Below are positions 1-15,748 of a stretch of 64,000 nucleotides of DNA, one piece after another (the first letter of the stretch is position 1; each line of letters starts with the position of its first letter). The DNA comes from the human T2T-CHM13v2.0 reference genome, Homo sapiens. The notes beneath the pieces are model-generated. The model was not told the origin of the DNA. It did not search any database and saw only the letters and a program-made list of their open reading frames with translations. The position numbers were made by a program, and so were the translations under genes. The DNA lies in the NCBI RefSeq assembly GCF_009914755.1, contig NC_060932.1; one strand, written 5' to 3'.

Positions 1-599
1 TGTCATGTGCAGTAGAGGTCAGGGACTATTGGTTGAAATGGTAGGAAGACATTAGTGCTTTGACACAGTGTTTGATTCAGATGTCAGTGAGGGGGAGAAC
101 TAAGGTGTATTTTCATTTATGTTGTTAAAAAACTGTGGATTTTTATATATGTGTAAATAAAAAAAGTCCCAAGACTACACACTTAACCGTTACTTCTGGG
201 GAGGAGAGTAGAATTATATGCTTATATTGATTACACTGAAAGAGTTGGTGTTGGTGAAATGGGGCTTTTTATATTGTAGGGTCCTCCTACTTTCTTTTTT
301 AAAAAAAAATTTAAACAATATCACACATAGTATTGGTGGTTTTACAAAAAGAGTTATTGGGAAGTTACAAGTAGAACCATGCATGGGTTATTTTATTGAA
401 GAATAAATGTGAGTGTGTGTTTGTATTTTAAGATAGGAGAGACTTGAGGTTGAAAGGTTAAATACAAGAGAAGGGGAGGTAAGGAGCAAAGTTGTAGAGG
501 ATTTGGGGAAGGATTGGGGAAGGAAGGGGATTAGATTCTCAATAGCTCTAGAGAAAAACAGAAGGAAGACCTCTTCCTGTGGGAGACTCAAATTTGAGT

Positions 600-735
600 T
601 TCTTTAGATTCTTGTGAATCACTGGAGTGTTTGTTTAAAAAAAAAAATATTCAGCAGCCCAACCCCTAGAGATTTTGATTGACTAGATTTGAGGTGGAGC
701 TGAATGTTGCAAAACCTGCGGCCAGAAGTACTAGT
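600..735. mobile_element. MER5-like fragment
   Basis: gaatcactggagtgtttgtttaaaa...cccctagagattttgatt. Confidence 0.5.
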
Positions 736-842
736 CATTTTATTTTATTATATAAGCAGATTTGTTAGAATTACCTTCAAAAAACAACCTGGGAAGTTCA
801 GAGGTAGAAAAATTCTATTAAAGCTTTTTTATTGAGATGTAG

Positions 843-1233
<391 letters not shown>

Positions 1234-1414
1234 AAGGACTCCACATTCTTACATATGTCTCTTTCTCAACCAGTTTTCCACTGGCCTGAATTTTATATTA
1301 ATCCTCCCCTGCTTTTCTTCATAGTTGTATCACTTATGGATTCCTAAACTGTATTATTTAGTTTTGCCCATTTTTAGATGTGCTTAGCTGTTTCATTTAT
1401 CAAATGAGAGCTGA

Positions 1415-1726
<312 letters not shown>

Positions 1727-2888
1727 AATTTTTGCTTTATATATATTATTGGTAGTCTTTCAGGATTTTTGACTAGCTCTTTTCTGTCTGTTTTCTAACC
1801 CAGTTTATTTACTACTTCCTCCCCCTAATATTTATACCGTGCCTGAGACTTTATAGTGAATCATAGAGGCTATTGTCCCTGTTGTTCTCATTCCTTTTTA
1901 CCTTTCTTAAACTCCTCTGGTGACTCTCCCTACTCATCTTCTCAATTGGTGTTCTGTCCTTTCTGTCCCATGCCATTCCTGTCCAGCATGAAAGTTTCTC
2001 TTTTATCTCCCCAACTGCTTCCCTCCTTCATTTTAATTCTTCAGCTCTCCTCCTCTTGCAGTAGCCAGTCAGTTTGATGTTTTATTTGAGCAGACCCTAA
2101 TTTTGCCATCTCAGCTGTTTTTCCCTTTCCTTCTGGCCCAGCTGTGCTTACTTCATTTGTTATTCTCTGCTCACTTTAGTCTATGAGGCTGTGTCCTTTG
2201 CTACAAAAGATGCAGCCATATGCAGACCTCTCTTGTCCCTCTCCTAACTTTACATTTTCTAAAAGAAACTGTCCCATTTGATTTCATTAGCCTTGATTAT
2301 TTGCAAGTTTTAAAATACTCTAGTTTTAGCTGTTACTTTTCACTTGTAAGTAAGAGATCCCTGGCAAAAAGGTTCTAGATTCTCTCTCCTGTAATGCACA
2401 CATAGTAGCCCCCTTTTAATTTCTGCAGTGTTTCTTAACTCAAACTATTAATATTTGGTTCTCATCCATGGAAATGCTGTTTTAGTCACTCTCCGGGGAG
2501 TCCCAGACATCAGTATTTTTAAAAAGTATTGTTTGTATTGATGGTAGTACTGTAACATTCCACTGCTGGTAAGCCATGGGCCTTTTTTGCTTATTTTTCT
2601 AAAATTGATTCTTCTTTTTCTGCTGCCAAGTTTTCTGCTTTGGGGGATTTTATTTAATCCCTAAGGTGTAGCCAGACTGAATTTGTATGGAATTCTCCAT
2701 CACATTAGCTTTTGGCATTGTGGTCTGTATAGCAGATTCTCATGAGTAATCCTCCACACTTTTTATAGTTCCTACACCATATCAAAAGCTTATTATCTGT
2801 TAATTCTTCAACAGATACATGAGATTACTGTTTTACAGATGGAGAAACTGAGTTGTGTCATTTGGGGCAAATTATCTTAGTAGATGGT

Positions 2889-3252
2889 TGATCTGGTTTG
2901 GCTCTGTGTCCCACTCGAATCTCATCTCAAATTTTAATTTCTGTAGTCCCCACGTGTTGAGGGAGGGATCCCATGGAAGGTGATTGGATCATGGGGTCAG
3001 TTTCCCCCATGCTGATCTGGTGATAGTGAGTGCTCATGAGATCTGATGGTTTTATAAGTGTTTGACAGTTCCTCATTCATACTCTGTTTTTCTCCTGCCG
3101 CCACGTAATATGTGCCTGCTTCCCCTTCTGCCATGATTATAAGTTTTCTGAGGCCTCCCCAGCCATGCAGAACTGTGAGTCAATTAAGCCTCTTTATAAA
3201 TTACCCAGTCTCGGGTAGTATCTTTATAGCAGTGTGAAAACGAACGAATACA
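2889..3252 (+). mobile_element. MaLR solo LTR (THE1D/MSTA-like), inserted in a MIR-like remnant
   Basis: tgatctggtttggctctgtgtcccc ... gtgtgaaaacgaacgaataca; near-TSD atggt/gtggt. Confidence 0.88.
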
Positions 3253-3656
3253 GTGGTAGAACAAAGATCTAGGGGTGTCTGACTCCACGGGCCATTCTCT
3301 TGATTACAGGGTGGTCTGGCTCCATTCCCCTTTGCTCTTTCTTTCCCCATATCTTCTGAGTTTTTACTTTTCATAGCCATAATGTAGCTTTAGGTTTCTC
3401 CCAGTTCTCACTTTAAAATATTCTCATTTTCAGGTATAGCTGAGAGTCACTGTGTTTTTAGCCAAATCTAAGGGAGAAAATGAATATTGATAGCAGCATG
3501 CTGTAGCCAGCTCCTTAAAGGAAGGATGGTGCCTGGTACAGAGTTAGAGTTAGTGCTTCAGTAAATAATGAATGTGTGCTAGGTAGGTTCTGCTGGGTAG
3601 GCTGCATGCATTGACCAATTTATTCCTCCTTGTTTCAAAACAGGATTTAAGGGCAC

Positions 3657-3790
3657 TTATATATATATATTTTTTAGTTTTTTTAATGTAAATGAGAGAA
3701 TAAAGATATATATATATGTCTATATATGTATATATGTATATATATGTCTATATGTCTATATGTATATATGTCTATATGTATATATGTGTG

Positions 3791-3828
<38 letters not shown>
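3657..3828. repeat. (TA)n/(TG)n compound microsatellite
   Basis: tatatatgtc/tatatatgta iterations and a pure TA run. Confidence 0.9.
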
Positions 3829-3830
<2 letters not shown>

Positions 3831-4410
3831 TTTTCTGTTGCTAGCATAACAAACTACCAGAAACTTAGCAACTGAAACAACATGAATTTATCTTACGGTT
3901 CTATAGTTCAGAAGTCTAACGTGTCACTGGGATGAAATCCAGGTTTCAACAGGACTGGGTTCCCTTCTAGCTCATTCAGCTACCTGGCTCATTCAGGTTG
4001 TTGGCAGAATATACTTCCATGAAACTGTAGGGCTGAGACCCCGTTTCCTTCCTGGCTATCATCTGAGAGCTTTTCCCGACTTCTAGAGTCCACCCACCTA
4101 CCCACATCCCTTGGCCCATGGCCCCCTTCCTCCATCTTCACAACCAACAACAGTGGGTCACGTCCTTCTTGTGTCTCATCTTTCTTGTTGGGCCATCCCA
4201 AGTCTCTCTGTTTTAGGAAAGGTTTTCCACTTTTAAGGACTCATGTGATTAGATTGGGCTTACCTGGATAATACATGCTAATCTCCCCATCTCAAGGTCT
4301 AATCTTAATCAAATCTACAAAATCCCCTTTGCCATGCTAGGGTAAAATATTCACAGGTTCTGGGGATTAGGATGTTAATATCTTTTGGAGGGCATTTTTC
4401 CGCTTACCAT
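3829..4410 (-). mobile_element. MLT1-family LTR
   Basis: ataacaaactaccagaaacttagc...ttagattgggcttacctggataat...cacaggttctggggattagg. Confidence 0.75.
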
Positions 4411-4417
4411 AAAGGCC

Positions 4418-5110
<693 letters not shown>

Positions 5111-5151
5111 AGGGCTAAGGAGCAAATGGTAGAAACAGTAAAATAAGATCA

Positions 5152-5381
5152 GAAGAGGTTTAATTGACTCACAGTTCTGGAGAGCTGGAGAGGCCTCAGG
5201 AAAATTACAATCATGGCAGAAGGCAAAGGGGAAGCAGGCACCTTCTTCACAAGGCGGCAGGAGAGGGACAATGGAGGAAGGGCCATGCCTTATTAAACAA
5301 CCAGATTGGCCACTCCCCTAGCATGTGGGGATTACAATTCCAGATGAGATTTTCATGGGGACACAGAGCCAAACCATATCA
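5152..5381 (-). mobile_element. Partial THE1/MST-like LTR
   Basis: gaggtttaattgactcacagttc...ggggacacagagccaaaccatatca. Confidence 0.8.
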
Positions 5382-6519
5382 GGACATTTATACTCAAAGT
5401 CTATGATATGAGGTGGTGTAGACTTCTTTGAAGTGGTCACTGAATTTAGCACTAACCAGTGCAAAAAGACAACCCTGCTCATTTACCCTAATCATAGTAT
5501 CCATTATTTTTTTTTTGAAGTATGTTCATGTATATACTTAGTAACTGCTGACATTGAGAATCTTGAAAGAAGCTTTGCTTCTGATTCCTCTTAAAAATAA
5601 TACAGTATAGCGAGTGTAAATATACAACTGCTTTTATAGGGCATTTTCTCTAGAGGCATAACTCATTGAATCTATGAGGAAGACACCATTTTATAGGTGA
5701 GGAAAGGGACACTGGTTATCACATACAGTCTTTTTGTATACAGCTAGTAACTGACCAATATGGAACATGAACCCAGGTTTTTCGGACTCCAAAGTTCATG
5801 CTCTCTTCCCCATATTACAGTTCCTGATTCCCATAAATTTCACATCAGACCTCTTCTGTTGGCTTACTGTTTGGTCTGTTAAGTTTCTGTGAGAGTACAT
5901 AGCCTTCAATTCCCTTAAATAGGTAGGACCTCCATTCATGCATAATAGTGCAGAACTATCCTATATAAAAGTAGGATAAAGTACTTTCTCTGCTATTTAC
6001 CAGCCATGTGACTATGGGCAACCCATTTGATCTTTCTGAGTCTTTGTGTCGTTATCTATAAAATGGGAATGAATAAATGATATCATATGTGTAACAGTGA
6101 CTTGAATAACAAATGATTATATCTTTTTTATCCTGCTTCTTTGAATGTTACAATAATTTCCCCATATGCATTTGAAAAATTCACCCAAATCTGACCAGTG
6201 CTGTATAGTGTCTAATGCTAATAATAGCAAAAACATAATTTTTTTTGCCCTCTGTGTGTTCTAATATGTTGATCGTCCCACTGTCCCCCACTTAGCTTGC
6301 TTGTTTTTGACCAGCTGCTACAAGAATAACAAGCATGTTATCCTTGATTCTAATTGTTTTTTTTCCTACCCTGTGTTGGCGTTTTTATTTGTTTGCATCA
6401 AGTTGTTTTATGGCAAGTTTCTTATGTTATCAAGATTCCTTTTATTTCAGATATCTATATTTTTGGCAGCTTTGCTTAATTTAGAGTGATTGGCCATCCA
6501 AGTCCACTTATGATTTATC

Positions 6520-6645
6520 TTGTTTAAGAGATGAGGTCTCACTATGTTGCCTAGGCTGGTCTGTCAAACTCCTGGCCTCAAGTGATCCTCCCGCCTCAGC
6601 CCCCCGAAAGTGCTGGGATTACAGGTGTGAGTTACTGTGCTTGGC
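6520..6645 (-). mobile_element. FLAM/Alu monomer
   Basis: Left-arm sequence only. Confidence 0.8.
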
Positions 6646-7751
6646 TCCTGGTAATGATTTAAAAGACTCGGTAGGATTTTGTTCTGTGAAGGAACAGAAA
6701 CGCACTCCAGCTAGCTCAAGAAAAGAGATTTATGATAAGAATTTAAAGAGGGCTTATAGTAATCCAAGTAAAACAGTGTAACAGATCTTGGGCAATTGGC
6801 TACTCTGAAGTTTTTGTTTTCTTCTCATGGCTTCTCTCTTGACCCATTAAGCATGTTTCTTTTTTTTTTCTTTGTCTTTTTCTTCTTTTTTAAAAAATCT
6901 TTTCATTATTGATTTCTGACTTTATTACACTTAGAGACTGTAGGCTATATGTACTGATTCTTCAGTGTGTGAGACTAATTTTGTAGCCGAGTACTTGATT
7001 GGTTTTTGTACATGTTCCATATGTGCTTGAAAATATTCTTGTGTGTGTAGTGAGTTCAGGTTTCCGTACATGTCTGTTAGATCAGACTTGATATTAGCGT
7101 GGATTATATCTTCTATATAGTCTTTTGTCTACTTCTTTTTTGACCTTTGGGGAGAGATGTTAAAATCTCATATTGTGACAATGGATTTTTCTTGTTCTTC
7201 TGTCAGATTATTTCTCCCCTCCCCGCGTGAATTTGGGGGCTAATTTGTAAGGTATTTATGACCCATACATCTTACGGAGGAGTTACTCCGTTGTCATTAG
7301 GTTTCCCTTCATTTGTTTCTTAGTATGGTTTTTTGAATTCAGGTATTTGATATTAATTTTGCATATTTGGTTCATACTTGCTTTGTTTAGGAAGTAAACA
7401 TTACACTTGACTCTGAAACTTTTTTGCTCATTACTTTGGGGGTTTATCTATATTAATACATTTCATTCTATTTTATTGATATTAATTGCTTGATTATGTT
7501 CTGTTGTTTGACTATACTGCAGTTTTCTCCATTCTTTCACTTATGGACATCTTAAAGTTGTTTATTTTGTTGTAAAAGATGATACTCCATAGATTATTCT
7601 TGTGCCTGCCTCCTTGAGCTGGGTGCTAGAGTTTTAGAAATAAATCTTGCAGCGGATTTGTGGGTGGAAGGTGTATACATCTTTGGCTTTACCAGCATAT
7701 CTAAATCTCTCTCCAAAGTAATCAGTTGACTCATTCTGGTTCTGTGTCACC

Positions 7752-8360
7752 TTTTTTTTGAGACAGGGTCTTGCTCTGTCACCCAGGCTGGAGTGCAATA
7801 GCATTATCATGACTTGCAGCCTCTGCCTCCTGGGCTCAAGGGATCCTCCCAGCGTAGGCTCCCAAGTAGCTGAGGTCACAGGCACATGCCACCACACCTG
7901 GCTAATTTTTTTTTCTTTTTTTTTTTTTTTTTTGAGAGAGAGAGAGTCTCGCTCTGTCACCCAGGCTGGAGTGCAGTGACACAGTCTTGGCTCACTGCAA
8001 CCTCTGCCTCCTGGTTTCAAGCCGTTCTGCCTCAGCCTCTCAAGTAGCTGGGATTACAGGCACACACCAACACACCTGGCTACTTTTTGTGTTTTTAGCA
8101 GAGACAGGGTTTCAGCGCGTTGGCCAGGCTAGTTTCAAACTCCTGACCTCATGTGATCTGCCCACCTCAACCTCTCAAAGTGCTGGGATTACTAATGTGA
8201 GCCCCCATGCCTGGCTGCTCCTGGCTGATTTTTAAATTTTCTGCAGAAATGGGTCTTGCCATGTTTCCCAGGCTGGTCTCCAACTCCTGGGCTCAGGTGA
8301 TCCTCCCACCTCGGCCTTCCAAAGTGTTGGATTACAATATGAACCACCATGCCCAGCCCT
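7752..8360 (-). mobile_element. AluJ with an AluS (~7910-8215) nested in its central linker
   Basis: Right arm, second poly-T plus a full Alu, then left arm. Confidence 0.88.
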
Positions 8361-9432
8361 TTATCACCTTTTTTTTAAAAAAGGCCTATTTTTTAATGTA
8401 GCCCATTTCTATATTTTTAAAAATTTCAATCTAGGAGTCTGTATTTTAACAGGAGAATTTAATGTTTTTATATGTATTGTAATCACTGATGGATTTGGGT
8501 TTATTTCTACTATCAAGTACCACCCTGGTTCAGTCATATAGACAAAGATCAAGGTGTAGATCACAGGCATGCCCACTTGTCATGGGCTTTTGGGTTTAGA
8601 CGGGCACATGTCTTGGCACAGGAAACAATGTGGTAGATTTTCCAAGCATGTATAGGTCACCTATTCCTTGCAGGCCAGTAGAGAGATTACTGAAGAGAAG
8701 ATACCTGCCACTAACTTACTAGTGCACATGAACAATTAATTTAAATTCTGAAATTTTCTGTTTCTAAAACAGGTATAGTACCTGCCTAGTGCACCCTATA
8801 GGGTTATTCACCAAGACTCAGGGTTTTGTTTTGTTTTTTTCCCCTAGCTTTACAGCTGTCTTTAAAATTTAAGTGTCAGTCATGTGTTTCCTTCATTTAT
8901 TTACAGTTGATATATCAGTGTCAGTGGTGTATTCATGCTTGCTCTGCTGCCCCAGCATTATTAAAATTGATGGATGACCCTTTTGCATTTGTCCTTCTTT
9001 AGAAATAGCTACTATGTAGTCCTCGCTGGTTATTTTAGCTTAGACACCACTCTTGAAAATTTTCCGAGAGCCTGGTATTTGTAATTAGCATATCTCGATT
9101 AATGTGGTGTCTGTACTGTTTACTTGTGACCTCAGTAAAGTTCATACCTCTTCAGTTTTAGTTTTCTCATCTGGAAAAACCAATAGCAATGCCTGGATTA
9201 TCTATACCTCACAGGATTTTTGTGAGCTTAAAGTAAATAATATGTGAAGGTAAGGTGCCTTGTAAGCTGCAAAGTGCTTTATTAATAGTAATACCTTAGA
9301 GATAATGTTTCCTATCTGTTGAGCATCCTAAAATTTAGTGGGGTTGGTCTTGCCTATAGAAAAAAGCTGTTCACTGTGCTGATCATGTGTTAACCACAAA
9401 ATGGCTCTCCTTGATTCTATTGTCCTCCATGA

Positions 9433-9942
<510 letters not shown>

Positions 9943-10287
9943 TGAACCCCTTTGGAAAGAGGTGGTTTTGTAGCTCTATAGAAGTCTTTGATATAAATAA
10001 ATCTGTTAGTCAGTGGTTATCTTCTTTCTTTGGATAAAGTATTGTTAGTTCAGTTTTAACTGTGTCAAAGGGAAAGTAAAAGTATATGTGTCCCAAATTA
10101 TTTATGCTCAAGGCTTTACTTGACACAAAAATTAATAAATAGCTAAAAAGTAATAAATTAAAGCAATAATAATGTATGCCCGATGAATTGAGTCACCAGT
10201 CCTCTATGTAAAGGTATTTGTTATACTTGCTCAGGATAAACTTGGGTGTGTGTTGAAGAAATTCTACTGGTTTCATAGCTACGTGGA

Positions 10288-10580
<293 letters not shown>

Positions 10581-10619
10581 AGCTACATGAATTTTCAACC
10601 GGTTTAAGAACTGTATCCA

Positions 10620-11400
10620 TAAAGGACTGCCATGTAGGCAAGCGGGAAGGAGCATGCTGCTATGTGCAGTCCTGGATTTTTGACTTCTGATATTAGCAAC
10701 AACTTGGACACAGTCCAATTTGGTTGAAAGAGCTAATATGTAATTTGGATTTTAACTGACAGAATCCAAAATGACCTTGGTAGGCAGAATGATTGGCCAA
10801 ATTTTAGCAAAATTGTATTACATAAAAATGAAGTTAAAACCCAGTATTTGCTTGTAAAATAACCGTACAAATACTAAATGGAGGTCAGCTGGTTCAATAT
10901 CCACACATGTCTAAAAACTTAGTTTTACATTACTTGATTCATATGAGTCAGATAAGTAATAAAGCGAACAAAAGAATAAATGTGATGCTAGATTAGTGAA
11001 AGTATAGTGTATGGATAAGGCAGGTTCTACCCTGTCAGACCTCAACTGCAATTCAGTTCTGAAACTCTTGTTTTAAAGGAATATCTACAAACAGGAGCCC
11101 GTGCTCAGGAGACCAGTAATGCTGATATGAAGGCTATAACATTCATGACATTTTAGGAATGGTTGAGTATCTGAACCATTTTAACCTAAAAAAGAAGACT
11201 TAAAGGAGAATATAATAATGACTTTCAGATACTTAGGTGACTGACATATGAAAGAGGGACTCATACCAGGACCGTGAGTAGAAGACATACAGTTGGACTC
11301 TTCATAAAATGGAAAGAGCTTGTTCACTGGTAAGTTAATTTGTGCTGGAGTAGGAATTTGATTGACACATATGAAGGCTTGGAAGATGGAGTTTATGCAA
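10620..11400 (+). mobile_element. CR1/L3 remnant
   Basis: ttcagttctg...ttttaaagga...aaaaagaagacttaaaggaga...ctttcagatactt resembles the L3 3' region. Confidence 0.5.
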
Positions 11401-11459
11401 AGGATAGAGATTTGCAGTTGATTTTTTTTCTTCCTAAAGAAATATAAGATACTATTGTG

Positions 11460-11773
11460 GGCCAGGCATGGTGGCTTACATCTGTAATCCCAGCATTTTA
11501 GGAGGCCAAGGTGGGTGGATAGCTTGAGATCAGGAGTTCAAGACCAGCCTGGCCAACATGGCGAAATTCCATCTCTACTAAAATACAAAAATTAGCTGGG
11601 CGTGGTGGTGGGTGCCTGTAATCCCAGCTACCCGGGAGACTGAGGCAGGAGAATCGCTTGAAGGCGGAGGTTGCAGTGAGCTGGGATCGCACCACTATAC
11701 TCCAGCCTGGGCGACAGAGCAAGACTCTGTCTCAAAAACAAAACAAAACAATAGCAACAACAACAACAACAAA
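11460..11773 (+). mobile_element. AluS with (CAA)n-derived tail
   Basis: TSD aagatactattgtg. Confidence 0.93.
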
Positions 11774-12084
11774 AAGATACTATTGTGGGCAGTCCCTGTG
11801 CTGGAGTTCGAAAAATGAAGACTGTCCCACCCTACAGAGAAGACCAATTTGCCACAATAACTATAAGAAAATGTAATAAAAATATGTACGAAGTTCTAAA
11901 GGTGTGTGGACAGGGTACTTTCTAACTGGAGTGAATGGCTTATAACAGATTTCAGATTGTCAGTAAACCTTTATTGAGCACCTGCTTACTGTATGCCAGT
12001 ACTATGTTGTGACATTCATATATGTTCTCGCGGTAATCTTAGTAGGTAGCTGCTAACCCCGTTTTCCAAATGAAAAATCAGTAA

Positions 12085-12265
12085 CCAGATGTGGTGGAAT
12101 GTGCCTGTAGTCCTAGCTACTAGGAAGGCTGAGGTAGGAGGATTGCTTGAGGCTAGGAATTCAGGGCTGCAGTGTACCATGATCACTGATGCCTGTGAAT
12201 AGCCACTGCCCTCCAGCCTGGGCAGTGTAGTAAAATTCTGTCTCTTTAAAATAAAACATAAATAA
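12085..12265 (+). mobile_element. Alu right monomer (FRAM-like)
   Basis: TSD caaatgaaaaatcag on both sides. Confidence 0.85.
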
Positions 12266-14976
12266 CAAATGAAAAATCAGGTGATAGGTACAGACTTGGT
12301 ATAACTTATTTGAATAATTGTCCACCTAATCAGTAGAATCAGTTTCTGCTTTTGCCCCATCTTTATATTATGTGAGAAATACTGAGTTGGGCTGCTAACA
12401 CTTATTTTGCCAAGAAGGTTTGATGACTTTATACCAGGAGTGATGTACAAAATGTGGCAGTAAAGGGTTTTCATCAGAACTGGGGGAAAGGGAGATGATG
12501 ATTAACACTAAGGAATCTTGGGACCACACTGTGAAGACCATTGTGTGACATAGTTTAAGGGATTGCTTAACCCTCTGGATATCTGCATTAAGGAGCCTTA
12601 TTCCCTTCCCCATTCTCTAAGTGGGGCAGATTTCTACCCTTAACTCAGATATTTGTACAATAATAAGCCTCATTCACCATTTAACCTTTTTTTTTTTCTT
12701 GCTTGGCCTTTCCCCCTATCCTTTCTGGCTTAAAGTTTCATTTCTTGGAGAATTTGTAGGAGAAATAGAAAAATCATGTTGGACTTAAGTGTCACTATGT
12801 GAATTTTCAGCCGTAGCCATGAATAAATCTTATTAAAAAGTACTACTGAGTAGTATTCTTAAGAGATTTTTAGACACAGGTAGGAGAAAGAAATCAAAAT
12901 TGTCTGTTTCACAGTGCATTATTTTACTTGCAGGCTTTCTTGTAATTTTCTTATCAGATTGACATTTAAAGTAGCTATATTTGGTCACAGTAGAAGTTTT
13001 GCTGGTTATTTAAGTGCAGTGTCACTATGGAGGTAGTTGAATGAAGTCAATAAAAGTACTGCTTACATAGCATTGATGAAAGTTCCTCTTTACACTTTAC
13101 ATATGTAAGCAAGCATGGTAAACAGTGGCTTACGTATCCTTCCAGAAATTTTCTGTACCTCTATAAGCCTGTGTGTGTGTACATGTGTCCCAATTCTACC
13201 AGTAGGATTATACAATCACTACTGTTCTACAACTTTATTTTTTTCATTTGAGGGTAAATCTTGAGTGTCTTTCTGTATCACCACATATAAATCTCTCATT
13301 TTTTAAAAACTCTCATAACTGAACTACCATTTGTCAGCTTCTGATTCTGTTAGTTGAGGTCTGTGGTAGCAAATAACAGAAACCAACTCTGGTTAATGTA
13401 AACAGAAGATTTGATTGGAAATATTGGATGGTTCACAGACAGGAAAGCAGTAAAATCAAGTTTGAAAATGGGCAAAATGAAGGAAGGCAAGGCACAGCCA
13501 AATTGCTGTTATCAATACGGCCTGCTTGAGAAGATGCTGGATGCATACCACTGGCCTCTACTGCTCTCTCATCTCCACTGTAGCCACCATGTATTGTCTC
13601 TTGATGGTCCTTGATATTGCAGCACTTTTTCAAGATTCTAAGTTCTAGATAGGAGTATCTGATTGGCTCAGTCTAGGACACCTGTCTCCCTGCCCTAGCT
13701 GCTAGGGAGCTCAAAGAAGAGTGCTCTGATGCTAGGTAGCCAGAAACAGCAAATGTCCACCTACTCCTGCTTTGATGAATATCGTTATAGATAATATTGC
13801 TGTTAGCCTTCTTGTGCGTTTGTGCAAGAAGTAAAATTCCTGGGTCAACTGGTATTTACATTTTGCATTTTGATAGGTACTGCCAAATTACCATCCATTA
13901 AAAGTATGAATTTAGAAAGAATATTTAATTTTGACTTTGGTATATATTTCAGGTACTTACAATTCAACAGGCTAACCAACATTAATTGTGTATATTAACT
14001 GATGCCTAGTCTATGGGAATTTAGCAGTTTGATTTTGTTACTGTTAATACATTATTTCTTTGGCTCTTGTTAATTTAATCTGTCAATTGCACAAGAGTTT
14101 TTCTGCTTACAGCCTTTGATTTTGATACAAACCATTTGTATTATAATATACGACTTAGAGATCATGTACAGTAAATTTATTAGATAATTATATTTTACAT
14201 TTACATCCAGTTTGATATATACTATCATGAAAAAGTTTTCTCTTCAAGCAACTTTATTGAAATATATTTCTGAAATACTGCAGTTCTTATTTGGAATTTT
14301 TAGTTATGAAAGGATTAGTAAAATGGTCAGATTAAAGTGTGTTAAGATACATGACTTATCTATGTGACCTACTTGGAACACTATTATTTGGGATAAACTC
14401 AGCATAGTGCAAATAGTATTCTTTTAAAAACATTTCTCTTTATTAGATTTCTGCAGTGTCAGGATCATTTCACTTATAGAATGTTCCTTTCATCCCTAGA
14501 ATTGCTAGTTGGAAAGTGAGGTAACATTCTTTTTGGTTAGCAAATGTATTGATTACAAATGGCAGTATGTATCTGAGAAAGAACAAATTCAGGAGGTTGA
14601 GTGGCGCAGTGGGGGAAGAAAATATGATTCAGAATCAAAAAACTTGATTTTGAGTTTCTGCCTCTTATTATTTATGTTAAAGTGCCAACAAATGATTCAG
14701 TCAGATTTTTCCTTTCATCTCTGTCCTCGTAAATATCAATTAAAAGAGAATAGAAGTGTTCCAGATTCTTCCCAGTTTATTTATTTTACCATCATTACTA
14801 GCAAAAATGTAGATGAGATCTTTTGTTGTATATGAGTTGGATTAGACACTACACAGTAATTTCTAGGTTTTTTATAAGCCACAGTATAAGGTATATTTTA
14901 CATTGCAATCTAGGATTCATGTGTGTAAATGCATATATATCTCTAAAACAAAAATTTCTAAGTGTTCTTATTCTAA

Positions 14977-15297
<321 letters not shown>

Positions 15298-15446
15298 TAA
15301 TTCTTTTGTAATGCTAGTTCCAATCCACTAAATTGGTTTCATGACCTAACTAGTTATGGCTTACTGTCTAAAAAACATCACACCAGAGGACCTCTCTAGT
15401 TCCAACAAAACCGACATCCTACAATTCTAAGAGGTATTTATAACTG

Positions 15447-15748
15447 TTTTCTTTTTTATTTTATTTTATTTTATTTATTTTCAGGTAGAGTCTCACTCTG
15501 TTGCCCAGTGGGAGTGCAGTGGCTCACTGCAGCCTTGACCTCCCTGGCTCAAGCAATCCTCCTGCCTCAGCCTCCTGAGTAGTTGGGACTGCAGGTGCAC
15601 ACAACCATGGCTGGCTAATTTTTGATTTTTTGTAGAGACAGGATCTCACTAGGTGGCCCCAACTGGTGTCAAACTCCTGGCCTCAAGCAGTCCTCCCACC
15701 TCAGCCTCCCAGTGCTGGGATTACAAGCATGAGCTACCATGCCTGGCC
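15447..15748 (-). mobile_element. AluJ
   Basis: Dimeric Alu with (ttatt)n tail. Confidence 0.9.
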
